Source of the DNA: an uncultured Gemmatimonadaceae bacterium
GTDB taxonomy: Bacteria; Gemmatimonadota; Gemmatimonadetes; Gemmatimonadales; Gemmatimonadaceae
Length of the DNA stretch: 64,000 nt
NCBI GenBank assembly: GCA_963740355.1
Contig: CAVUDW010000002.1
Location: 1,696,001 to 1,760,000, forward strand
Reading direction: 5' to 3'
Positions 40,317 through 48,395 of this stretch are shown one piece after another. The first letter of the stretch is position 1. Each line of letters opens with the position of its first letter. The position numbers and the translations under genes are program-made. The notes under the pieces were generated by a model. That model was not told where the DNA came from. It saw only the letters and a list, made by a program, of their open reading frames with translations, and did no database searches.

Positions 40317-41138
40317 ATGTCAGGCACGCTCTATATCGTTTCGACCCCGATCGGGAATCGGGCTGACCTCTCGCCGCGCGCGATCGAGACGCTGCGTCGC
40401 GTGTCGCTGATCGTGGCCGAGGACACGCGTCACAGCGCACCGCTGCTGGCGTGGGCGGGGATCAGCACCTCCGTGCGCAGCTACCATGCGCACAACGAAG
40501 CCGAACAGGCGCCGCGGCTGGTGGCGCGCTTGCTGGAAGGGAGCGACATCGCCCTCATCAGCGATGCCGGCACGCCCCTGGTGTCGGACCCCGGCGCGCG
40601 CCTGGTGGATGCGGCGGTGGCGGCCGGGATCACGGTCACCCCGATCCCTGGCGCCTCCGCGATTCTGGCGGCACTGGTCGGCAGCGGGCTGTCGGCGACA
40701 GCATTCACCTTCCTCGGGTTCCTGCCCCGGCCTGCCATGGATCGGGCGGCTGCGGCGCGGATGGCCCTTGCACTACCCCATACCGTGATCCTGTACGAGG
40801 CACCGCCGAGGGTTGGCGAACTGTTCGAAACGCTGGTCACGGCGGGTGGGGGAGAGCGGCGGGCGGTGGTGGCGCGCGAGCTCACCAAGCTCCACGAGGA
40901 GTTCCGGCGCGGAACGGTGGCGGAACTCGCTGCGTACTACGGGGCAACGGCCCCGCGAGGGGAGGTTGTCGTATTAATCGATGGGGCGCCGGCGTCGGTG
41001 CCCGATCATGAAGCGGCAGCGCGGCGCGCCGAAGCGCTGCGTGCCGAGGGCACATCGGTCCGCGACACGGTCCGTCACCTGCAAGAGGAGTTCGGCGTGG
41101 CGCGAAACGAGGCCTATCGATTGGCGCAGGGCACCTGA
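40317..41138 (+). CDS. rsmI: 16S rRNA (cytidine1402-2'-O)-methyltransferase
   Basis: LYIVSTPIGN, AEDTR, SDAGTP.VSDPG, ARELTKLHEE, RGE. Confidence 0.95.
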   Translation: MSGTLYIVSTPIGNRADLSPRAIETLRRVSLIVAEDTRHSAPLLAWAGISTSVRSYHAHNEAEQAPRLVARLLEGSDIALISDAGTPLVSDPGARLVDAAVAAGITVTPIPGASAILAALVGSGLSATAFTFLGFLPRPAMDRAAAARMALALPHTVILYEAPPRVGELFETLVTAGGGERRAVVARELTKLHEEFRRGTVAELAAYYGATAPRGEVVVLIDGAPASVPDHEAAARRAEALRAEGTSVRDTVRHLQEEFGVARNEAYRLAQGT

Positions 41139-41860
41139 TGGCGCTGCGTCCCTGGATGATTGCAGGCGGCTTGGCGGCATCGCTGGCCGTCGCAGGCGTG
41201 ACGGCGCCGCATCTGCGCGCCGACAGCGCGCCGCATGTCGCGCCGGCGGCTTCGCGTGTGATGATCGGTCGCGTCCACTACAACGGTGGCGGCGATTGGT
41301 ACGCGAACCCGTCGAGCCTGAAGAACCTGATTCGCGCCGTCGCCGAGCGGACCTCGCTGCCGATCGATCGCGAGGAACACGCCGTCACGTTCCGAGACCC
41401 GCAACTGTTCGACTACCAGTTCCTGCATCTCACCGGGCACGGCACGATCACGATGGAGCCGGACGAGATCGCCCGCACGCGCGCCTACCTGCTGCGCGGC
41501 GGATTTCTGCACGTGGATGACAACTATGGCCTCGACAGCAGCTTCCGCATCGTCGTGAAGCAGCTCTTTCCAGACCGTCCGCTGGTGGACGTGCCGCTCA
41601 ATCATCCGATCTACCGATTGGTGTATCCCTTCCCCAAGGGTGTACCGAAGATCCATGAACACGATGCGAAGCCGGCGCGTGGCATGGGCATCTTCATCGG
41701 CGACCGACTCGCGTTGTACTACACGTATCAGTCGGACCTTGGCAACGGCTGGGAAGATGTCGGCACGTATCCCACCGATCCGCCGGAATTGCATGAGCAG
41801 GCGTTGCGCATGGGTGTGAATCTCATCACGTACGCGGTCACCAGCCGGTTGCAGCCATGA
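41138..41860 (+). CDS. DUF4159 family secreted protein
   Basis: GGGDWY, LTGHG, GGFLHVDDNYG, PKIHEHD, DLGNGWE, MGVN. Confidence 0.85.
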   Translation: MALRPWMIAGGLAASLAVAGVTAPHLRADSAPHVAPAASRVMIGRVHYNGGGDWYANPSSLKNLIRAVAERTSLPIDREEHAVTFRDPQLFDYQFLHLTGHGTITMEPDEIARTRAYLLRGGFLHVDDNYGLDSSFRIVVKQLFPDRPLVDVPLNHPIYRLVYPFPKGVPKIHEHDAKPARGMGIFIGDRLALYYTYQSDLGNGWEDVGTYPTDPPELHEQALRMGVNLITYAVTSRLQP

Positions 41861-41867
41861 TGTCAGC

Positions 41868-44800
41868 ATGACAGCTCCTTCCATTCCGCAGGGCGCGATC
41901 GGCCAGCTGGATTCGATCGTCCGCGATGAACGCAGCGCGCTGCTTCGCCTGTCGCGCGACACGCGTATCGCCGCTGCGTTGCTGCCGGTCTTCGCGATCG
42001 GTGCCGTCGGCATCGTGTTGCTGGGCGGCGGTCGGTGGCTGGCCCTGCCGCGTGTCGCTCCGTTCCTGATCTGGGGCGCCGGCATCGGCGCGGCCGCGTG
42101 GGTCTGGCAGCGTCGTCGTGCGACGGACGGTCGCGCCACCACGCAGGACGCGGTGGCGGAGGCGATCGAGCACGAGCAGAAGCTGCGTCGCGGTGAAATT
42201 CGCGTGGCGAAGGAAGTGGCGCAGTCCGGACCACTCGGCGCACACGCGGCCATGCAGACGTCGCGCGCGCTGGCGGGAACCGCAGTACCACGTGCTCCGA
42301 AGACGTACGCCGCGCTGAGCGATGTGCGGAAGCGTGCGATGCTTTGGGCTGCCGGTGCACTGGTGGCGCTGATCGCCGCGGGCGCCATCTGGGGCGATGG
42401 TGCGGATGCGCTCGCGAATCCGATTGGCGCCTGGAACGGATCACTGTTGCCGCAGCTGGTGCTCGATGCCCCCTCGGTGGCACTGCGCGGCGCGACACCG
42501 ACGATTCGCGTCACCGGTGCCGGACGCACGGCGCTCACGCTGCAGATCCAGAAGTCCGATGGGAAGATCGTGTCGATCGACCTCCCGCTGGTCAAGGAAA
42601 CTGCGCAACGGACGCTGCCTGTGCTGGACAGCGACGTGCTGCTCACCATCAGCGATGGTCGCGCAACGTCGGCACCGCATCGCATCCGCGTGACGGACAA
42701 GCCGTACCTCGGCGACGTCGTGGCGCAGGCGAGTTATCCGGCGTACCTCGGCCGAATCGACGAGGACGTCGCGCTGGCAGGCGTTTTGGTGCTGCCGCGC
42801 GGCACCGTGCTGACGCTGCGTGGCCGTGCCTCGGTACCGCTGGCGTCGGCGACGCTGGTGAGTGACGAAGGTGGACGTGTGGTGCTCAACGTCGCTGGTG
42901 ACAAGGTCGATGGACGCCTCGTGGCCGATCGCAGTGCGCGCTGGGAATGGCGCGCCGATGCCGCGACGACACTGCAGGAAATGCCGCCGTCGTTCGCACT
43001 CGACATTCGCGCCGACTCGGCGCCGCAGGTGCAGATCGCCAGCACCAGCGACACGCTGCTGCTGGCTGGCGCAACGGCAACGGTGAGTGTCATCGCGACC
43101 GACGATCATGCGCTGTCGAGCGTGATGCTGACGGTGCGCTCGGGTGAATCGGTGGTGGCCCGTCGTGAAGTGCTGGGCGCGAATGCACCGTCGTTCGAGG
43201 GCACCGTGCCGCTCGACCTCGATGCACTTGGGTTGAAGGGTGACGACGGATCGTTGCGCGTGGACGTGACCGCGACGGATGCTTCGCCTTGGCGCCAGGT
43301 GGGCCGCAGCCGCACGCTGATCCTGCGCCGTGCAGGGGTGACGGAACGCCGCGAACAGGCGCGGGCGACGGCGGACAGTGTCGCTGCAGGCGCCGCCTCG
43401 CTGGCACGGCAGCAACAGGCGCTGGCGCAACAGACGAGTGACGCTGCCCGCAACGCGAAGGCCGGCGGGGAGAATGGACAGCCGATGAGTTTCGACGCCC
43501 GCGAAAAGGCCGCGCAGATGGCGCAGCAGCAGCGCGCACTGCAGCAGCAGGCGCAGCAACTGCAACAGCAGGCCAAGCAACTCACCGATCAGCTCAAGGG
43601 TGCCGGTGCACTCGACTCGGCGCTGGCAGGCCGATTGGCTGAAGCGCAGAAGATGATGCAGGAAGCTCTCTCGCCGCAGATGATGCAGCGGCTGCAGCAG
43701 GTCGAGCAGTCGGCGCAGCGACTCGACCAGGCGGCGACGCGGCAGTCGCTGGAAGACCTGGCGAAGCAGCAGCAGGCATTGCGTGAGCAACTCGAGCGGA
43801 ATGCCGAGATGTTGAAGCGTGCCGCGCTCGAAGGCAGCATGGAGACGTTGCGCGACGAGGCACAGGACATGGCCAAGGCGCAGCGTCAGCTGGCCGATTC
43901 ATCGGGCAACGCCACGGCCGCGCAGCGTCAGCAGCAGGCCGAGCGCCTCGCGCGACAGAATGAGGCGTTGAGCCGCGACATCAACGATCTCACCAAGCGC
44001 TTGCGTGAGTCGGACGCACAGCGCGGTGCGCAGCGTTCGGAACAGGCACGCCAGAACAGTGAAGCCGCCACCAAGCAGATGCAGGAGGCGGCACGCGATC
44101 CACAGAACGCACAGCAGGCTGCCGAGCGCGCATCGCAGGCGATGCAGCAGGCCGCTGACCAGTTGGCGCAAGCGCGTCAGGAACAGGTGAACGACTGGAA
44201 GCGCGAGACCACCTCCGAGCTCGATCAGTCGATCCAGGAGATGATGCAGCTCAGTCAGCAGGAGCGGCAGATGGCCAACGCTGCGCAGCAGCAGGCGCAG
44301 CAACAGCAACAACAGCAGCAGGGTCAGCAGGGCCAGAAGCAGGAAGGCCAGCAGGGCCAGCAGGGGGAACAGAAGCCTGGTGAACAGGGCGAGAGGAAGC
44401 CGGGACAGCAGGGCGAACAGAAGGCTGGCCAGCAGGGACAGCAGCAACAGGGGCAGCAGCAGCAAGGACAACAGGGGCAGCAGGGGCAGCAGGGACAACA
44501 AGGACAGCAAGGGCAGCAGATGGCCGCCGAGCAGGCGACTGTGCAGAACGGTGTGCAACAGGCCGCACAACGCCTGCAGGAAGCGGCGAAGCGATCGCAG
44601 CATGTGAGCCAGGGCTCGCAGCGTGCAATGCAGGAAGCGCTGCAGCGTGCACAGGAAGCGACCCAACAGGCGCAGAAGGGGCAGGGCCAGCCTGGTGGGC
44701 AGGGCCAGAATGGCGAAGCGGCGGCGGCTGCGATGCGTGATGCAGCCGCGGCGATGGAGCGTGCGGCCTCGAGCCTGGTGCGCGATCGTGAGCGCGCCAG

Positions 44801-45359
44801 CCGCGCCCGATCTGCGTCGGGTTTGCCGGAAATGATGGAGGAGATGCAGCAGTTGGCGCGGCAGCAGCAGCAGGTGAACGGTCAGGCGCAGGGCATGTCG
44901 ATGATGCCCGGCGGCGAGGCCGGTTCGCAGGCGCAGCAGATGGCGCAGCAGATCGCGCGTCGCCAGCGTCAGATTGCGCAGCGGCTCGACGATGTGGGCG
45001 GTGCCGACCAGAGTGGCCGTGCCGATGCGCTGGCGAAGGAAGCGAAGCGTCTCGCCGATGCGATGGAGCGCGCGGCGGGTGATCCGGAGACGGCCGCGCG
45101 TCGCGAGCAGTTCCTGCAGCGATTGCTGGATGCCGGTCGCACGCTGCGTCGTGAGGATGAGGACAAGCAGGGGCCGCGTGAGTCGAAGCCTGGCATCGGC
45201 ACGGCCGCCTTCGCGCCGCCAGCGATTCCTGCCACCGGTGCACCGGCGTCACGCGTGGCACCGCCATCGTGGGAAGAGCTGCGCGGCTTGCGTGAGGACG
45301 AACGTCGCGCGGTGCTGCAGTATTTCGAACGCCTGAACAAGACGGGAGCCAAGCCGTGA
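41868..45359 (+). CDS. Large membrane-anchored DUF4175-like protein: Ig-like region then Gln-rich coiled coil
   Basis: Three N-terminal TM helices, YPAY and ATDDH motifs, very long Q/A-rich helical region, C-terminal YFERL. Confidence 0.7.
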   Translation: MTAPSIPQGAIGQLDSIVRDERSALLRLSRDTRIAAALLPVFAIGAVGIVLLGGGRWLALPRVAPFLIWGAGIGAAAWVWQRRRATDGRATTQDAVAEAIEHEQKLRRGEIRVAKEVAQSGPLGAHAAMQTSRALAGTAVPRAPKTYAALSDVRKRAMLWAAGALVALIAAGAIWGDGADALANPIGAWNGSLLPQLVLDAPSVALRGATPTIRVTGAGRTALTLQIQKSDGKIVSIDLPLVKETAQRTLPVLDSDVLLTISDGRATSAPHRIRVTDKPYLGDVVAQASYPAYLGRIDEDVALAGVLVLPRGTVLTLRGRASVPLASATLVSDEGGRVVLNVAGDKVDGRLVADRSARWEWRADAATTLQEMPPSFALDIRADSAPQVQIASTSDTLLLAGATATVSVIATDDHALSSVMLTVRSGESVVARREVLGANAPSFEGTVPLDLDALGLKGDDGSLRVDVTATDASPWRQVGRSRTLILRRAGVTERREQARATADSVAAGAASLARQQQALAQQTSDAARNAKAGGENGQPMSFDAREKAAQMAQQQRALQQQAQQLQQQAKQLTDQLKGAGALDSALAGRLAEAQKMMQEALSPQMMQRLQQVEQSAQRLDQAATRQSLEDLAKQQQALREQLERNAEMLKRAALEGSMETLRDEAQDMAKAQRQLADSSGNATAAQRQQQAERLARQNEALSRDINDLTKRLRESDAQRGAQRSEQARQNSEAATKQMQEAARDPQNAQQAAERASQAMQQAADQLAQARQEQVNDWKRETTSELDQSIQEMMQLSQQERQMANAAQQQAQQQQQQQQGQQGQKQEGQQGQQGEQKPGEQGERKPGQQGEQKAGQQGQQQQGQQQQGQQGQQGQQGQQGQQGQQMAAEQATVQNGVQQAAQRLQEAAKRSQHVSQGSQRAMQEALQRAQEATQQAQKGQGQPGGQGQNGEAAAAAMRDAAAAMERAASSLVRDRERASRARSASGLPEMMEEMQQLARQQQQVNGQAQGMSMMPGGEAGSQAQQMAQQIARRQRQIAQRLDDVGGADQSGRADALAKEAKRLADAMERAAGDPETAARREQFLQRLLDAGRTLRREDEDKQGPRESKPGIGTAAFAPPAIPATGAPASRVAPPSWEELRGLREDERRAVLQYFERLNKTGAKP
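44285..44520 (+). repeat. In-frame low-complexity CAG/CAA/GGN repeat encoding QQG/GQQ tracts
   Basis: Runs such as cagcaacagcaacaacagcagcag and (caggggcag)n. Confidence 0.8.
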
Positions 45360-47059
45360 TGGCTGTGCGACAGTGGATGGTGGTCGCGAGCCTCGTGCTG
45401 GCGACCGCAGCGCCGGTGCGTGCGCAGGAGGGGGGCACCAGCAGCACGGACACGCTGGTGACGCGCGCGCTCGATCTCGAGGAGAGCAAGCCACGCGAAG
45501 CGGCAGTGCTCTACCGCCGCGCGTTCGCTGGCGCCGGCGAGTCGATGGTGCCGGCGCTGCTCGGCCTGGAGCGCGTGTACACGAACCTCGGTCTGGTGGA
45601 CTCGCTGCTGCCGCTCATTCGCAGTGCGATTCGCGCTGAGCCGCGCAGTGGTGTGGTGCGCTCGATCCAGCTGCGCACGTTGACGGCGCTGCAGAAGGAC
45701 GAGGAGCTGTCGGCGGCGTTCCGCGACTGGGTGCGCGCAGCACCGGGCGAAGCGGCGCCGTTCAAGGAATACGCGCGAATCCTTCTCGAGTCGGGCCGCT
45801 CGCAGGCCGCCGACTCGGTGCTCACGGTTGCCAGCCGGATGGTGCGCGACCCACGTGATTTCAGCAGCGAACTGGCGCAGGTGGCGTCGGCGCAGCGGAT
45901 GTGGAACGAGGCGGCACGGCGGTGGCGCGAGACGCTGACGCAGACCCCGCAACTGTACCAGGCGGCGGTGTTTGCGCTGTCGCAGGCGACGGGGGTGGCG
46001 CGTGACTCGGTGCGGACGAACCTGCTCGCGGATCCGCTCTGGTTGCCCGCGCGGCGGGTGTTGGCATCGCTGGAACTGGTCTGGATGCAGCCGCGGCAGG
46101 CGTGGCTGGCATTCAATGGCGTGAAGCCGGATGCGGAGGCTGTTTCGGCGTGGAAGGAGTTTGCCGAGGAAGCGGACGCGCGAAACATGCAGGTCGCATC
46201 GCGCGAGGCGTGGGCGGCGATCTACGCCAAGAATGGCGATGCTGCGAGCGCGCTTCGTGCGGCCGATGCCGCATTGACGAGCGGTGAAGCGGCGACTGCG
46301 CTGCAGTTCGCCTCGGCGGCGCAGGGCAAGCTCACCACACAGCTAGGGTTGCGTGACGCGGTGCCGGTGCGGTTGCGTGCGATGGCGGCCCTCGGTCGCG
46401 CGTCGGATGCGTTGGCGCTGGTCGATTCCGTGCGGCCGAAGGTCGTGCCGATACAGCTTCAGATCCTCGAGCGCGAACTGATGTGGGCCTGGCTGCGCGT
46501 GGGAGACGCGGCGCGTGCGCGGCCATTCGTGACGCGCCTCGATGAGGACGAAGCGACGGCGCTGCTGGCGATCTACGACGGCGACCTCGAGAAGGCTCGC
46601 GCTGCGCTGCGGAACGCCGACGCGTCGAATACGCTGTTGCTGGTACCGCGCGCGCTGCTGTCTCGCACCACGCTGCCGACGTCCGCCGGCATCGGCGCCG
46701 CCTTCGTGGCGCTGGCCAAGCGCGACACAGCCACCGCGTTGACGCAGTTGCTCAACACGACGACTGAAGTGGGTGACGCGGCGCCACTGGTGCTGGCGAT
46801 GGCCGCGCGCCTGCTCACAGCCAGCAACAACGATGCGCGCGCGGTGCCGATCTGGACGAAGATCGTGACCGAGTATGCCACGAGTCCGGAAGCCCCCGAA
46901 GGCGATCTCGAATGGGCGCGTGCCGCGCTCCGTGCACGCGATGGTGGCACGGCCATCGCCCGACTGGAACACCTGTTGCTCACGTATCCCACCAGCGCAT
47001 TGGCGCCGCAGGCGCGGCGTGAACTGGACGCCGCCCGCCGCCTCGCGAGGACCTCGTGA
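45356..47059 (+). CDS. Secreted TPR-like helical repeat protein
   Basis: Signal peptide; Ala-rich helical repeats; C-terminal YPTSALAPQAR TPR-type motif. Confidence 0.7.
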   Translation: MMAVRQWMVVASLVLATAAPVRAQEGGTSSTDTLVTRALDLEESKPREAAVLYRRAFAGAGESMVPALLGLERVYTNLGLVDSLLPLIRSAIRAEPRSGVVRSIQLRTLTALQKDEELSAAFRDWVRAAPGEAAPFKEYARILLESGRSQAADSVLTVASRMVRDPRDFSSELAQVASAQRMWNEAARRWRETLTQTPQLYQAAVFALSQATGVARDSVRTNLLADPLWLPARRVLASLELVWMQPRQAWLAFNGVKPDAEAVSAWKEFAEEADARNMQVASREAWAAIYAKNGDAASALRAADAALTSGEAATALQFASAAQGKLTTQLGLRDAVPVRLRAMAALGRASDALALVDSVRPKVVPIQLQILERELMWAWLRVGDAARARPFVTRLDEDEATALLAIYDGDLEKARAALRNADASNTLLLVPRALLSRTTLPTSAGIGAAFVALAKRDTATALTQLLNTTTEVGDAAPLVLAMAARLLTASNNDARAVPIWTKIVTEYATSPEAPEGDLEWARAALRARDGGTAIARLEHLLLTYPTSALAPQARRELDAARRLARTS

Positions 47060-48330
47060 TGCGAGGCTGGATTCGGAACGCGCTGGTCGCTCTTGTCCCA
47101 ACGCTGGTCGCCGCTGCGCCTGCCGTCGCACAGCACCTGCTGGTGCCCATGGACGACGCGCAGCGCAATCACCTGAAGGCGTACGGGCTGACCTACAGCG
47201 CGCTGCAGCGGACGGAGAAGGCGGAGTGGCTGCTGAACTATCGCGGCGGCTCGTTCCTCCTCCTCGACACGCCGCCCACGCGCCGTCGCGCCGGGCTCGA
47301 TGGCATCTCCGTCACGCCGCTGGATGACAACGCACTGGCCGCCATCCGCACCGAGATGGCCGGCGGCAACTTCGATGCGGTGCCGCTGGAGCGGGCGCCG
47401 AAGGTTGCGATCTATTCGCCACCGAATGCGAATCCGTGGGACGACGCCGTCACGATTGCGCTCGATTACGCTGGCATTCCGTACACCAAGGTCTGGGACC
47501 CGGAAGTGATCGCCGGTGACCTCTCGAAGTACGAGTGGCTGCACTTGCACCACGAAGACTTCACGGGGCAGTACAACAAGTTCTACATCTCGTATCGCGG
47601 CAGCCCGTGGTTCATCAACCAGGTGAATCGCACGGTGGCGCAGGCGAAGCAGCTCGGCTTCAGCAATGTGCCGGGCCTGAAGAAGGCGGTCGCGGAGAAG
47701 ATGCGGATGTACGTCGAGAATGGCGGCTTCCTGTTCGCGATGTGCGGCGCGACGGAAACGCTCGAGCTCGCGATCGCCGGCCAGAATGTGGACATCGCCA
47801 GCAGCTTCAGTGACGGCACGCCGATGGATGCGGATGCCGACCAGAAGATGGATTGGTCGAAGGCCTTCGCGGTGCAGAATGCGCACCTCGAACCGAGCCC
47901 GCTGATCAACAGCATGAGCGACATCGACGGGCATCAGGTCAACGTGCCAGGTCGCCGCCGCGCACTCGGCACGTTCAGCCTCTTCGCCTTCTCGGCCAAG
48001 CTCGATCCCGTGCCCACGATGCTGACGCAGGATCATCGCAGCGTGTTGCAGGACTACTACGGCGTGACGACCAGCTTCACCAAGTCGACGCTCAAGCCGG
48101 GTACTCGTGTGCTTGCGTACGAAGACGGCATGCCGCTCGCCAAGTACATCCATGGCAGCTACGGCAAGGGCGCGTGGACCTTCCTCGGCGGTCATGATCC
48201 TGAAGACCCGCAGCACGAAGTCGGCGCCGCACCGACCGACCTGTCGCTGTATCCGTCGTCGCCCGGCTATCGCCTGATCCTGAACAACGTCCTCTTTCCA
48301 GCAGCGCAGAAGAAGCCGCGGAAGACCTGA
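47056..48330 (+). CDS. Secreted conserved protein with class-I GATase-like fold (family often auto-annotated 'asparagine synthetase B')
   Basis: LVPMDDAQRNHLKAYG, WLLNYRGGSF, WLHLHHEDFTGQY, GGFLFAMC, GGHDPED, SPGYRLILNNVLFPAA. Confidence 0.7.
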   Translation: MMRGWIRNALVALVPTLVAAAPAVAQHLLVPMDDAQRNHLKAYGLTYSALQRTEKAEWLLNYRGGSFLLLDTPPTRRRAGLDGISVTPLDDNALAAIRTEMAGGNFDAVPLERAPKVAIYSPPNANPWDDAVTIALDYAGIPYTKVWDPEVIAGDLSKYEWLHLHHEDFTGQYNKFYISYRGSPWFINQVNRTVAQAKQLGFSNVPGLKKAVAEKMRMYVENGGFLFAMCGATETLELAIAGQNVDIASSFSDGTPMDADADQKMDWSKAFAVQNAHLEPSPLINSMSDIDGHQVNVPGRRRALGTFSLFAFSAKLDPVPTMLTQDHRSVLQDYYGVTTSFTKSTLKPGTRVLAYEDGMPLAKYIHGSYGKGAWTFLGGHDPEDPQHEVGAAPTDLSLYPSSPGYRLILNNVLFPAAQKKPRKT

Positions 48331-48395
48331 GCGATTTTGATTCGCTGATGTCGCGGTTGAAGGCGGGGTATGGCGTGGTCAGGTAGATTCCGGAC

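Noticed and set aside
47056..48330. True asparagine synthetase B
   Set aside because: Has a signal peptide and lacks the N-terminal Cys (Ntn) domain and the SGGLDS ATP-binding motif
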